This document shows, piece after piece, positions 16,286 through 35,690 of a DNA stretch of 64,000 bases. The stretch's first letter is position 1. The number at the start of each line of letters is the position of its first letter. Below the pieces are notes generated by a model, which saw only the letters and a list, made by a program, of their open reading frames with translations, made no database searches and was not told where the DNA came from. Where the stretch lies: the NCBI RefSeq assembly GCF_009914755.1, contig NC_060939.1; one strand, written 5' to 3'. The translations under genes were made by a program, and so were the position numbers. Source of the DNA: the human T2T-CHM13v2.0 reference genome, Homo sapiens.

Positions 16286-17070
16286 CAAAAGGACCTTAAA
16301 TAACATCATTTCATGTTATAACACTGATGAGAAAAAAAATCAATTCCCAGCCAGAACTACCATCTGTGTAGAGTTTGCATGTTCTCCTCATGTCTGTGTG
16401 GGTTTCTTCTGGGTACTCCAGTTTCTTCCCACATCCCAAAGATGTGTACCTTAGGTTAACTGGGGTGTTTTGTTTGTTTTTTAGGGAACACACAGTATTT
16501 CATTTTTTATTCTTTTTATTTCAATTGTTTTTGAGCTAACTGGGGTGTTTAAATTGTCCCAGGATAAGTGAATGTGGGTGTGTGTGTCAGCATCCCGCCA
16601 CGGAATGACATTCCTCCAGGGTTGACTCCCACCTTGTGCCCTAAACTGCTGGGATAGGGTCTGGCAACCTGAGACCCTGAACTGGGATAAGTGGGTTGGA
16701 AAAATGCATGAATACAAATTATTGTAAAATTAAAATTCTAGCCTATGGTAATCATACATATGCAAGACAATCAACAATGCAGTACAAAAGTGCTCAAGGA
16801 GCCTGCTATATTTGTTTTTGCACTGCACAGTAGTAGGATATTCTCCTTACCATTTTTGCTTTGCAAACATTTATTCCTTGATTTTACCCACTACCATTGT
16901 GCTGCCATCACTCACTGATTCACCAAAAAAAAAGGGTAATTATCTTGTTTTTATTAATCTGTCTTAAATGTATGTATAGCCCACATTTATTTCAATGTTT
17001 AACATTACAAGTGTTTTGGGCCTTTATCTAGAAGTTTGGTGATGTTTTTGTGATCAGAAGTATGCCATAG
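16286..17070 (+). mobile_element. MER6 (Tigger-family non-autonomous DNA transposon), 5' part
   Basis: V-SINE-like core GAGTTTGCATGTTCTCC...GTGGGTTTC...CTCCAGTTTCTTCCCACATCCCAAAGA. Confidence 0.8.
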
Positions 17071-17299
17071 GTCACTCCTCCTCAACTTTTTGAAACAGTT
17101 TCAGTAGAAATGGCACCAGTTCTTCTTTACATATCCAGTAGAATTAGGCTGTGAATCCATCTGGTCCTGGGTTTTTGGTTGGTAGCCTATTTATTACTGA
17201 TTGGACTTTGGAGCTCATTCTTGGTGTGTTCAGGAAATCAATTTCTTCCTTCAGTCTTGGGCAGGTGTATGTGTCCAGGAATTTATGTATCCCTTCTAG

Positions 17300-17964
<665 letters not shown>

Positions 17965-18334
17965 TCTGATGGCTGTTTGTATTTCTGTGGGGTCAGTGGT
18001 AACATCCCCTTCATAATTTCTAATTGTGTTTACTTGGATCTTCTCTCTTTTATTCTTTATTAGTCTAGCTAGTGGCCTATTTATCAATTTTTTTTTTCAA
18101 GAAACCAACTTCTAGATTTGTTGATCTTTTGAATGGTTTTTCATGTCTTAATTTCCTTTGGTTCATCTCTGATTTTGGTTATTTTTTGTCTTCTCTGCTA
18201 GCTGTGGGGTTGAATTGTTCTTGTTTCTCTAATTATTTTCATTGTGATACTAGGTTGTTAATTTGAGATCTTTCTAACTTTTTGATGTGGACATTTATTG
18301 CTATGAATTTCCCTATTAACACTATCTGAGCTGT

Positions 18335-18817
<483 letters not shown>

Positions 18818-18835
18818 TTACTATGTATGTGTGTA

Positions 18836-19445
<610 letters not shown>

Positions 19446-20022
19446 TTGGCCTTCATTTTAATTGTACTGTGGTGCAAGAATGTGTTTGATATGATTTTGG
19501 TTCTTTTGAATTTGCTGAGAATTGTTTTATGTCCAAATATGTGGTTGATTTTAGAGTATATGCCATGTGGTGATGAGAAGAATGTATATTCTGTTGTTTT
19601 GAAGTGCAGAGCTCTGTAGAGGTCTGTAAGATCCATTTGGTGCAATGTTGAGTTCAGGTCCTGAATACCTTTGTTAATTTTCTGCCTCAATCATCTGTTT
19701 GATACTGTCAGTGGAGTGCTGCTATTATTGTGTGGGAGTCTACATCTCTTTGTAGGTATCTAAAAACTTGCTTTACGAATCTGGGTGCTCCTGTGTCGGG
19801 TGCATATATACTTAGGATAGTTAGGTCTTCTTATTGAATTGAACCTTTTACCACTATGTAATGTCCTTCTATCTTTTTTGATTTTTGTTGGTTTAAAGTC
19901 TGTTTTGTCTGAAATTAGAACTGCAATCCCTGCCTTTTTCTATTTTCCATTTGCTTGGTAGATTTTCCTCCATCCTTTTATTTTGAGCCTACGGATATCA
20001 TTACATGACATGGGTCTCTTGA

Positions 20023-20373
<351 letters not shown>

Positions 20374-20600
20374 CCACTCTGTGACTTTTAAATGGGGGTA
20401 TTTAGCCTGTTTACATTCAAGGCTAGTATTGATAGGTATGGATTTGATCCTGACAATGTGTTGTTAGCTGGTTATTATGCTGGCTTGTTTGTGAGGTTAC
20501 TTTATAGTTTCACTAGTTTGTATATTTAAGTATGTTTTTGTATTAGCTGGTAGTAGTCTTTCCTTTCTATATTTATTGCTCCTTTCAAGATCTCTTGTAA

Positions 20601-20974
<374 letters not shown>

Positions 20975-21490
20975 CACTGTATATTTCAAGATAGCTAGAC
21001 AAGAGAATCTTGAAAGTTATTATCACAAAGGAAGGATAAAGATTGAAGGCTATGAACATGCTAACTACCCTTATTTTATTATATAATGTACAGATGTATT
21101 GAAACATCACACTCTACCCCATAAGCATGTACAATTATTATGTGTCAGTTATAAACAAAATAAAAAATATTAATCTGGCCCCAATGTATAAAACAGAAGT
21201 GAATGAGGTAATTAGAAAGAAGATGAATAAAATGTTTTTATAACAGAACATATAAAGAATAACTATTTCACAGAGCTTTATGAAGATGATAGAATATGTG
21301 TAAATATTTTGTAAACTGCAAGGTGCTAGATAAGTCTAATTTTTATTACTTCTATTATTATAGCAGAGAAGAGGTAATAATTCCTAAGAGGACTAGAATA
21401 GGATCTTCATGCAAGGTATTTTGAAGGAAAACCTAACAACGTTTGGATTACATGTAATGTGAGGGATAAGGAAAACGGAAGGGTCTAAAT

Positions 21491-21707
21491 GAGGGGTGTC
21501 CAACCTTTTGGCTTCTCTGGGCCACACTGGAAGAATTGTCTTGGGCCACACATAAAATACATGAACACTAACAAAAGCTGATGAGCTAAAAAAAAAAAAA
21601 AAAAAAATCACATAATGTTTTAAGAGAGTTTGCAATTTTGTGTTGGGCTGCATTCAAGGCTGTCCTGGGCCACACGTGGCCCACAGGCCACAGGTTGAAC
21701 AAGCTTG
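21491..21707 (+). mobile_element. MER30 (hAT-Charlie MITE)
   Basis: AGGGGTGTCCAACCTTTTGGCTTC...AAGCTTG with perfect 8-bp TSD GTCTAAAT (21483-21490, 21708-21715). Confidence 0.9.
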
Positions 21708-22907
21708 GTCTAAATGATGCTCTTAATTAGCGGAGAACAGACTTAGTTAGGAGAGTAAACAATATCATTCCACGCTACTATGATGCATTCCTGCAAATTC
21801 TCACTAAACCTAAAAGTGATAGACAAATTATAAAATGCTTCTTAGCTTCTATTTTCACATGTATATAAAAGAGTATAATCACAGAAGTATAATAAGTGAG
21901 ACAAGCCTATGTAACACCCAACATAGTGGCTGATACATCACAAAATGCTAGCTTGCGTTTACTTAATTTCTCTAAGGGCACCAAAAGAATCAAATACATG
22001 TTACCCTTTTTCTTAAGAGGCACTGGAGGTGACTTGATAAGTCTCCTGAGCTAAGCATTGCCTCAAATGAATTTCTTTGCAAGGGCACAAATGCATCATT
22101 AAAATTTTACAGGTCAACACAAAATGCAGCCATGTTTCAGAAATTTAGACAATCACTCAGCCACTATCCTAAATAATACACAGTACTCAAAAATTTTGCT
22201 CCAGATGAATTTAATTACAAAGATTATGTTAAAACCCTGCCCATTTAAAATAAATAACTGCTTCAGCTAAAAAAATAAAAATAAAAGCATACCAATAACT
22301 ATGAGGAAGGAAAGCCATTTAATGGACAGAAAAGTACCATTGATGAGCTGGCACAATCCCAAGCACTGAAAGCTTTTAGTATCTGTTGCACAAAATCCAC
22401 AACGCTTCCCAAGCTCACTTCCTGGCTATTGGTTCCTTTATTCTTAATAGAAAAGGAACTGCATTACACAGTAGTTTTTGGAGCTTTATATTTAAACTCA
22501 GCCCTTTCAAAGCAGCAGTCCTGGATGTGATGCTGTCCATAAAACCCTCTGCATGAAGACTTCCTGTTTCTGTAAGTCACCTACAGAGACAACATTCACC
22601 GTAAGCTTCATCAGACACTGCATTATTTCAAAGAACTAGGAGTTCTCAGTTCTCAGAGCCATACTGATAAAGGAACATACAGTCTGTTTAGTTAGAGCTC
22701 CAGCTGTCACATTTTCTTGCCCTTCAGTGAAAATAGTACATGTATAAATTACTACCTAGAACTTGTAAAAAATCCAGCCAAATGAACTTGAGGCAATTAG
22801 TAGTTAAAACAAGTAACTACTTTTATATAACTCAGATGATTACCATGTCTATTTAGGGCAAAGAGGACAGGTTGGCCTATTGCCACCTCCACCCAAAAAG
22901 CATCTCT

Positions 22908-23190
22908 TCTTTTTGTGGAGACACAGTCTTGCTATGTTGCCCAGGCTGGAGTGCAGTGGCATGATCTTGGCTCACTGAAACTCTGCCTCCCAGGTTCAAG
23001 CAATTCTCCTGCCTCTGCCTCCCGAGTAACTGGGATTACAGGTGCATGCCACCACACCCAACCAACTTTTGTATTTTAGTAGAGATGGGTTTCACCTTGT
23101 TGCCAGGCTGGTCTCAAACTCCTGACCTCAGGTGAGCCTCCCGTCTGGGCCTCCCAAAGTGCTGGGAGGCATGAGCCATCTTGCCCGGCC
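22908..23190 (-). mobile_element. Alu
   Basis: TSD CAAA(A/G)AGCATCTCTT. Confidence 0.93.
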
Positions 23191-24520
23191 CAAAGAGCAT
23201 CTCTTTAAGTGAGCAGTATGATTAGGGGTAAGAAGATAACGATAGCAATACAACTCTAAAGAAAAAAAGCAGATAATGTTTTCACTTTTACTAACTTAAT
23301 AGTATTAAAATATTAGTATACTATGCAGAAACATTTCCCAAATGATTAGTAGTTAAGGCAAGAATAATTTTTTCTTGTGTCAAGTTTTTTAAAGGGCTTA
23401 CCTATCAACAACAATAAGTACATTATAATAAAAGAAAAACTTATTAAAGCTTAATATCACTGGGATGGTATATACAGCATGTTTATTATTAACAAGACAG
23501 ACAATGCTCAAATGTTTTCTAAAGTGTAGAACATGATCCATTAGTGGGATATAAAGTAAATACATTCAAATATTGATTTTAAAGAATGTCTTGACCAAAT
23601 TTTTTAAAGAAAAAATATATAAAATAAAAAGTATCAGAGTACATTATACTCAGTAAGGATAAAATATTATTTCATGAAACTTCATATACACAGATATTAA
23701 CTATGTGTATATTAAATCACAATTTTTTTAGTGTGAGTTATGATCAAAGAATAATAAGAGCCATCAATAAAAATCTTCTAAAAAGCAGTTTCAATTATTT
23801 CATTTTGCAATGAAAAGCTGGTCAGTGGCTGGACTAGTTTCTATATAACTTTCCTAAGGTATTACACATGATATTCTGATTAATCTGTTAGTAAGAAAAA
23901 TGAGAGTGCTTCTAACATCTGAAAGTCTAAAGTGAGGCTACGTGGAGTGAGGTAAAAGGCAGCCAGGGCCAAAAGAAAGGGAGAAGTTGAAAGTCATTTA
24001 TAAATAGCATCAAAGCAGGACTCATACTCCATTTTTCAGAAAGTGTCTATGTACTTTCAAGGGCCTATGCTTTACAAAGAAAATTTGTAAAATGTTCTAT
24101 ATTATAGTGGTGGGCAGAAAAACTGGAGTGAATCATTCTAGAAAGTATGATTTTCTGCAGCAGAGAAATACCAAAGTATTTTTGTATTTTTAAAATTTTT
24201 ATGCATAACTTCAAAGGCATATGATTTTCCCCCATGTAACCTACCCAATTTCAGTAACTTTATTATTTTGAAACAAATCTCAGATGTTACATCATTTTAT
24301 CAGTAAATATTTCATTATGGGTCTGAAACAGAATTGAAGTACTTTTTCAGAACAGACGGATCATTTATTATTTGAAGACCTCTAGAATATGAATGTGGAA
24401 AATTAAAAGGTCAAATGGGAACCCATGAAAATGAAAAAGAGTGACGTACCAATGAGATATTTCAGCCACCCAGGTAGGAAAAAAAAGGTACAACAGTCCT
24501 TTGAAAAATAAAAGAGTTGA

Positions 24521-24943
<423 letters not shown>

Positions 24944-25039
24944 TCAAATATATTTTCCTGCCAATAAGAATATAGACCTCTATTCTAGACAGTGATGCAA
25001 GTTTTGAGAGGAAATATAGATGTTATTAATAAAGTTGGA

Positions 25040-25320
<281 letters not shown>

Positions 25321-25424
25321 TTCATTCATTCATATGTACATACATAAAATAATACATATACACACACTTTTACCCCTGCTACAAGTTTTCATATTGTTAT
25401 TAATATTAAAATAATAAAATTTAA

Positions 25425-25890
25425 TATAATAAATATATTAATATTAATATATTTAATAATATATTAATATTGGTATATTTAATATATTAATATTAATATA
25501 TTTAATAATATAGCAATATTGATATATTTAATAATATAGCAATATTGATATATTTAATAATATATTAATATTGATATATTTAATAATATATTAATATTGA
25601 TATATTTAATAATATATTAATATTGATATATTTAATAATATATTAATATTGATATATTTAATATATTAATATTGATATATTTAATAATAATATTGATATA
25701 TTTAATAATAATATTGATATATTTAATAATAATATTGATATATTTAATATATTGATATTGATATATTTAATAATAATATTGATATATTTAATAATATATT
25801 AATATTGATATAGTTGAATAATATATTAATATTGATATATTCGAATAATATATTAATATTGATATATTTGAATAATATATTAATATTATT
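25425..25890. repeat. AT-rich minisatellite, unit ~TATATTAATATTGATATATTTAATAA (21-26 bp variants)
   Basis: Roughly 16-18 copies read directly. Confidence 0.93.
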
Positions 25891-25914
25891 TTATTATCTA
25901 TTAAAATATATATA

Positions 25915-26634
<720 letters not shown>

Positions 26635-26974
26635 TAGGAGAAGACAGAGTATAATGAGAACTTCATAGATCCCACTGATGCAACTACACCCCACATCTAA
26701 AAATTTTTAATCTTTATGAAAGCATTTATGTAAAAAGGAGCAACGTTAACCTATGTGTTTCACTTTTTTTTAAGTCTTGCTTTACTGTTAATTATTTGGA
26801 CAATTTCCTAAAGGGTCTGGCACATAATTTTCAGCTTTGTTTAGATCCAGTGATTATGAAGCAGCTCCACCTAAGTGGTATGAAGATCACTGACATACAC
26901 TGTTAACATCAAAAAACAAATTTCAATCCTCTTGCACAAATGATCCACCTTTTTTTGTAATTTTGTTTACACCT

Positions 26975-27535
26975 ACTTTTTCTTTTTTACTGAGGTATAA
27001 CTTACATGCAGTAAAGCACACAAACGTTAACTGTAGAGCTCGGTGAATTTTTATATATCCATACATACACCCATGTAACTACCATTTGGAAAGAGAACAT
27101 TTTCAGCATACCAGTAGGTTTTCTGGTACCTCCTCTCAATGACTAACTCCTACTTATCACAACCAAAGGTAATCTGTTTTGACTGCTATTGTAGGAAATC
27201 ACATTTGCTTATTTTTGACATCATATGGATGGAATTATCTAATAAGCATTCTCATGTATCTGCATTCTTTTCCTTGATTACGTCCGTGAGATTCATGCAC
27301 TTTCTTGCATGCATTAGTAGTTCATACTTTTTCATTACTAGATGGTATTCCATTGTATGAATATATCACAATTTATTTATCTGTCCTACTGTTGATGGAC
27401 ATTTGGGCTGTTTTCAGTTTGGGCCATTAGGAATAATGCTGCTATGAATATTATTAAATATGTTTCTTGGTGCACATATATATGCATTTTCTTAAGTGAA
27501 TACCCAGAGTGGAATTTCTGGATCATAGAGTATTC
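26975..27535 (-). mobile_element. L1ME-like 3' end
   Basis: TTTTACTGAGGTATAACTTACA...GTTGATGGACATTTGGGCTG...GCTGCTATGAATATT. Confidence 0.8.
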
Positions 27536-27552
27536 ATACACAGAAACAAACA

Positions 27553-27969
<417 letters not shown>

Positions 27970-28245
27970 CTACATTAGAGGACGATACTGTTAATTAAAA
28001 AGAAGTACACGTATATACGCGCGCACACACACACATAAAGGTTTCAGCTTGTTCAAGCCCTTTCTTTCTGAATAAGGGTAATAAGCTTATCAAATTCACT
28101 TTGCATTTCACCAAGCAGCATGTTGAAAAAAGACAGCCCTTCTCAAGAAGTCTTTGGAAGCTGTGAGTTGAGCTGATATAACAATCGTCACTGACCACCC
28201 AGGACAACCAGGGCAAAATAGGTAGTCATTCCACTCAGACTTACC

Positions 28246-29780
<1,535 letters not shown>

Positions 29781-29785
29781 TGGAG

Positions 29786-30388
29786 TTTTTTTTTTTTTTT
29801 AAACACAGTGTCTATTCTGCTGCCCAGCCTGGAGTGTAGTGGCGCAATCTAGGCTCAGCGCAGCCTCAACCTCCTGAGCTCAAGCAATCCTCTCACTTTA
29901 GCCTCCCAAGTAACTGGGATTACAGGCATGCACCATCAAGCCTGGCTAATTTTTTTTTTTAACATTTTTTGTGGAGATGCGGTCTTGCTATGTTGTCCAG
30001 GTTGGTCTCAAATGCCTGGCTTCAAGTGATCCTCCTGCCTTGGCCTCCCAAAGTGCTGGGATTACCGGCATGAACCATCATGCCCAGCCTCTACTTTCTA
30101 TCTCTACACAATTGCCTGACCTAATTTTTTATTTTTTATTTTTTTGAGACAGGGTCTCAGTTGGTTGCCCAGGCTGGAGTACAGTGGTACGATCTCAGCT
30201 CACTGCAACCTCAGCCTCCCGGGTTCAAGCAATTAGTGCCTCAGCCACCCAAGTAGCTGGGATTACAGGCATGTGCCACCATGCCTGGTTAATTTTTATA
30301 TCTTTTTGTAGAGACAGGGTTTCACCATGTTGACCAAGCTGGTCTCAAACTCCTGACCTCAAGAGATCCGCCCGCCTCTCAGTCTCCC
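29786..30388 (-). mobile_element. Two Alus
   Basis: 29786-30089 and 30125-30388. Confidence 0.9.
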
Positions 30389-30844
30389 ATGAATTTTTCA
30401 TATGAAATGGAATCACAAAATCAATGGTCTTTTTGTTACTGGATCTGTTCATTTAACCTGTTTTCAAGATTCATCTATGTTATAGTAGTATGTATCTTTA
30501 TTCATTTTTATGGGCTAATAATACCACATTTTGTTGACCTATTTCTTCAGGTGATAAACATTTGGGGTGCTGCCACTTTTTGAGAAATTGTCAGACTGTT
30601 TTCCAAAGTGGTTATAGCATTTTACATTCCCAAGAGCAGTGTATAAAGACTCAGATTTCTACACTTCCCCCCTAGCCAACAATTGTTATCTGATTCTAGT
30701 CACCCTAGAGGGTATGAAATGGTAACTGTGGTTTTGATATGCATTTCCCCAATGGCTAACAATGTTGAGCATCAAGTCATATGCTTACTAGTCATCCTTA
30801 CATTGTTTCTGGAGAAAAGTCTATTCAAATCTTTGGCTTATAGT

Positions 30845-31060
30845 AAGAATGATACAATGGACTTTGGGCAGAAGGGTGGGAGGGGGACAAGGGATAAAAG
30901 ACTACAGATAGGGTGCAGTGTACACTGCTCAGGTGATGGGTGCACCAAAATCTCAGAAATCACCATTAAAGAACTTACTCATGTAACCAAACACCATCTG
31001 TACCCCAATAACCTATGGAAAAACAAACAAAAAGTGTATCTAAAGTGACCATTAAAAAAA
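30845..31060 (+). mobile_element. Short L1PB 3'UTR insertion
   Basis: AAGAATGATACAATGGACTTTGGG...GGTGATGGGTGCACCAAAATCTCAGAAATCACC...AATAACCTATGGAAAAA. Confidence 0.85.
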
Positions 31061-31191
31061 AATCCTTTGCCTATTCTTAAATTGGGTTGTCTTTTTATGA
31101 ATGAGTTGTAAGAGTCTTCTATATATTCTGAATACTAGCCCATTGTTAGATACATAATTTCCAAATATTTTTCTCCCATTATGTAGACTGA

Positions 31192-31643
<452 letters not shown>

Positions 31644-33372
31644 AACTTTTAACTTTCTTGATGGTGTTCTTTGTCACACAAAAGTTTTAAATTTTTATGA
31701 AATCCAATTTATCTGTTTTTTTCTTCTACTGTTTATGCTTTTGGTATCATAACTAAGAATCCACTGGCAAATATGAGGGCAGTAAGATTCATCCTTATGT
31801 TTGTTTTTTTTAAGACTTTTATAGTTTTGACTCTTACATTTAGTCCTTTGATCTACTTTGGGTTAATTTTTTATTTGTGGTATGAGGTAAGCGTCCAACT
31901 TGAATCTTTTGATTGTGGCTATCCAGTTGTCCCAATACCACTTGTCAAAATAATTATTGTTTCCCCATTGTATGGTCTTGACACACCTGTCAAGTGCAAT
32001 TGACTAGAGATTCATGGGTAGGTGTCAAATCTATTTTACCAGTCTATATGTCTATCCTGATGGGAGCACCACACTGTCTGCTTTGTAGTAAATTTTGAAA
32101 TCCAAAGTATGAGTCATCCAACTTTGTTCTTCTTTTTTCAAGATTGTTTTGGCTCTTCTGGGTTTCTTGAAATTCCGTATGAATTTTAGAATCAGCTTTC
32201 AGTTTCCACAAAGAAGCCAGCTGAGATTCTGATAAGGACTGTGTTGAATCTGTACTTCAACTTGGGGAGTGCTGCCATCTTAACAATATTAAATCTTGAG
32301 ATCCATGAATGTGGAATGTCTTACCATGTAGTTAGATCTTAAATTCCCTATGACAATACTTTATAGTTTTCAGAGTATAAATTTTGTACTCATTTTATTA
32401 AATTTATTCCTAAGTATTTTATTCTTGATGCTAATGTAAGTGAAATTTTTAATTTTTTTAATTTTTGATTTAAATATATATACTTTTGTGTAATACTGAT
32501 TCAGACCTCTTCTCTCATGATCTATCCCCAGAAACATATTATGTCTTTTAATGAGAATAATATTAGTATCTCTTAAATGTCTACTAGGGAACTATTTTGG
32601 CTAAGATATTTTTAATTTTTATTATTATTTTGATTTGTTTCCTAGTCCTCAGCCTTGTTCCAGACAGCTGGAGCTTATTAACACAAGTGATATCATATGA
32701 AAGTTTTACTAAGACACAGCTAAAAATTTCAGCAAATATAATTTATAATTCTAATTCATATTACTGTTAACTTATACTGTATACAAATTTTGTGAAAAAT
32801 TCCACATTTAGCCTTGACTCCTCAATACAAATATTTTAGAGTAGAATAAAACTATTGAAAAATATAGTTGTATCATCAATGTATAAATTTTCTGTGCAAT
32901 CTATACAAAATAAAATTTATCCAGAAGCTACAGAGGAAGATACATTTCTTATAATAACCTCTATTTTCATGAAAATGTTTATTGTTATTTATTATTATAA
33001 TAAAATCTAGATTTAACTGGAAGCCCAATTTTATGGTTAACAGTTCTAGTACTCCACTTGAAGAAATAGAATGTAGCCATTAAAATTATAATCATGAAAA
33101 CCACATAGCAATGTAGTTAATAAAAAAGCCGAATCCCAAAGTATATCCAACATTTATATCAAGGTACACACATACCTGAACAAAGTCTTTGTTCTAATTT
33201 TTGTGATGACATTGCAATATTGCCTACCAAAAAAAATTGCCCAAACCAACAAAACAAAAAAGCTCCATAAATTAGAATTATCCTAAACCTGTCTATAGTC
33301 TAGATGTTCAAATCCAAAAAAACTGTTTATCATTTAGGTTAATCTATTTGCTGAAGTACTTTATAAAATAAA

Positions 33373-33529
33373 GAAGACTAACAAGTATAAAAAGTAGCAT
33401 TACAACCCTCAAAAAGGACCCTACTCTGCTGAGATACTGTTAACATGTTAACTTCTAGTTTCACAGTACAAACAAACATTAATCCAAACTACCTGGAATA
33501 GTCCTTTAATCAAAAAACATTTAGAATTA
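33373..33529 (+). repeat. Local duplication, copy 1 (157 bp)
   Basis: GAAGACTAACAAGTATAAAAAGTAGC...TTAGAATTA, near-identical to 34123..34352. Confidence 0.95.
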
Positions 33530-33749
33530 CTTAAATCACAAAGCATTTACTGTTTCAGCTTTTTGCCCTGATAAACTGGAAAAAAATCCTACTATTCTTT
33601 AGCTATGAACACCTCTGGATAAAAACAGATTGCTCCATGTTTTCTAAAAGCACAGAAAAACTACATTTTGGAGGAAAGGGGAGTGAGATCACTCTAGTTA
33701 ATTTATCTTCTCCAAGAAGGGGAAAAAAAAAAAACGATGACTTGTAATT

Positions 33750-34567
33750 CCTCCTTTTTTCATGGCCTACACAATAAAGTCCAAAATCTCTATCATGATC
33801 AAGAACAGGCTTTGCTCACATCTCCGGCCTCACTTCCTAATACCAATTCCACTGAACGACCCCTGTGGATCTTAAGTCACCCATGCTTTCCAGCAGTGCT
33901 GAGGTTCTTTACATTTTCTTGTGTTTCACACCTCCATGCCTTTTGTATGGTGCGGCTTCCTCTTTTGAGAATGTTCTTTCACGTTCTCACCCCCGGACCC
34001 CAGCCCTTTCTCCTTACTGCCCAGCTCGAGCCTTAAAGGTTCAACTCAGAGTGTCTTATTTGTGCAGGTTTTCTGCCATTTGCCAATTCCAGCAGAGATA
34101 TCACTCTTTCTAAGCTACATTGGAAGACTAACAAGTATAAAAAGTAGCATTACAACCCTCAAAAAGGACCCCACTCTGCTGATATTGTTAACATGTTATT
34201 GTTAACAATATTGTTAACATGTTATTGTTAACAATATTGTTAACAATATATTGTTAACTCATATTGTTAACATGTTAACTTCTAGTTTCACAGTACAAAC
34301 ATTAACCCAAACTACCTGGAATAGTCCTTTAATCAAAAAACACTTAGAATTATAAATATATATAAGCTAATTATCTTATATATTTCTTCTATTATTTTAC
34401 TTACTGCATTGCAGTATAGTTACTAATTTCTAAGTATGAATCCCCAAATAATGATCTTGGCAAAAGCAGGGTCCATGTCTTATTTATGATCTTTGTACCC
34501 CCAGGGCCTAGCTAAATGCCTGCCAAAAAACCAGATGCTCAATACAATTTGTTAAATGAATAAATGG
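33750..34567 (+). mobile_element. L2 3' region containing a local duplication
   Basis: CCTACACAATAAAGTCCAAAATCTC...GATGCTCAATACAATTTGTTAAATGAATAAATG. Confidence 0.6.
34123..34352 (+). repeat. Local duplication, copy 2 with palindromic TGTTAACA expansion
   Basis: Same sequence plus ~75 extra bp of GTTAAC-centred palindromes. Confidence 0.95.
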
Positions 34568-34989
34568 CTAGGTAATTATGGAAATCTACCCCTAGCCTTT
34601 TATTTGAAAGAGGCATAGTGTTTATAACATCCTCCACTTTGATTCTGCTCTAAATTTACTTTGCAATAGTATAATATTAAACTTCACAATAATTAATTTA
34701 CCAATGTTTTTCCTCCTCACCCCCTGGAAAATCTCTGACGATTAATGTTGGGGATGATCCACCATAAAAACTAGATGGTGTCACTTAAAAGATCATTAGT
34801 TATCATTTTATACTTTATTTATATTTCTTTTTCTGGTAACATGTAATTATATTAAATGCTAATGACTATCATCTTTGTATTATAATTAGACATTTATTCT
34901 GATGTCTTTTGTAACTATTTTTTTCTGGCTTGTGGTATTTCAACTATACATTTAACCAGTAACCGGTAAGACTACATGGCATATAATAG

Positions 34990-35150
34990 AAATAGCTACT
35001 TGTGATGTCTTGGATCTGGGCTGTAGTTCCAATTCTGTGACAAGCTGGTTGTTCTCCCTAGACCAAGTCACTTAATTTTTAATTTCTCTCATCTTTAAAA
35101 CGATGACAGTTGAACTAGACAATGCTAAAGTTCCTTATAAGTCTAAAACT
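34990..35150 (+). mobile_element. MIR fragment
   Basis: GGATCTGGGCTGTAGTTCC...CAAGTCACTTAA...CTCATCTTTAAAA...TGAACTAGA. Confidence 0.6.
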
Positions 35151-35329
35151 TAACTACTTTTGTTGATCTGGACTTCACATATTAAGTTACTCAAAGTTAC
35201 CATAAACTTTTGGGAAGCCTGGGACCATTCTTGTCTCATTCTAAACTTACAGTCATCTTTTTCATATTAATTTTTGCTAATCTAGTTGTCAAATCTAAAA
35301 TTGTACAGTAGAACTGGTTTGTGAACCAT

Positions 35330-35690
35330 GGTTAGGACTTTTGTTCAACTCTTTGCTTATTTAATATAATGCTGAATCTTGATTCTGTTAACCAGCAATA
35401 CATATTAGCTGCCCCACCCAAAGCACTGTGTTGTGTACAGCTTTCATCAGTATGTTCTTCAAAGGTTTGATCCAATTCACTGTTGAAGTGGATAGGACCA
35501 AAATACAGAATTCTACTGTTTAGCATCAATGAGGGCAATGATCCATTAACTCATTCTCTTTTATGAAGATGGTTAAAGGAATGACAAATCTACTTAATTA
35601 TCTTTTCAGTCACCGCACATTTCTATATGTTACCAGAATACACAAAAGTATGTCAAATAAATGCCCTGCTGAAATAAAAATGTATAACAT
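35330..35690 (-). mobile_element. L3/CR1 RT fragment
   Basis: Diverged match to CR1 RT antisense (AGCTGCCCCACCCAAAG...TGTTGAAGTGGATAGGACCAAAATACAGAA). Confidence 0.5.

Noticed and set aside
25425-25890. CRISPR-like regularity in the AT array, also at 34182-34279
   Set aside because: Tandem units without unique spacers, in eukaryotic intronic DNA.
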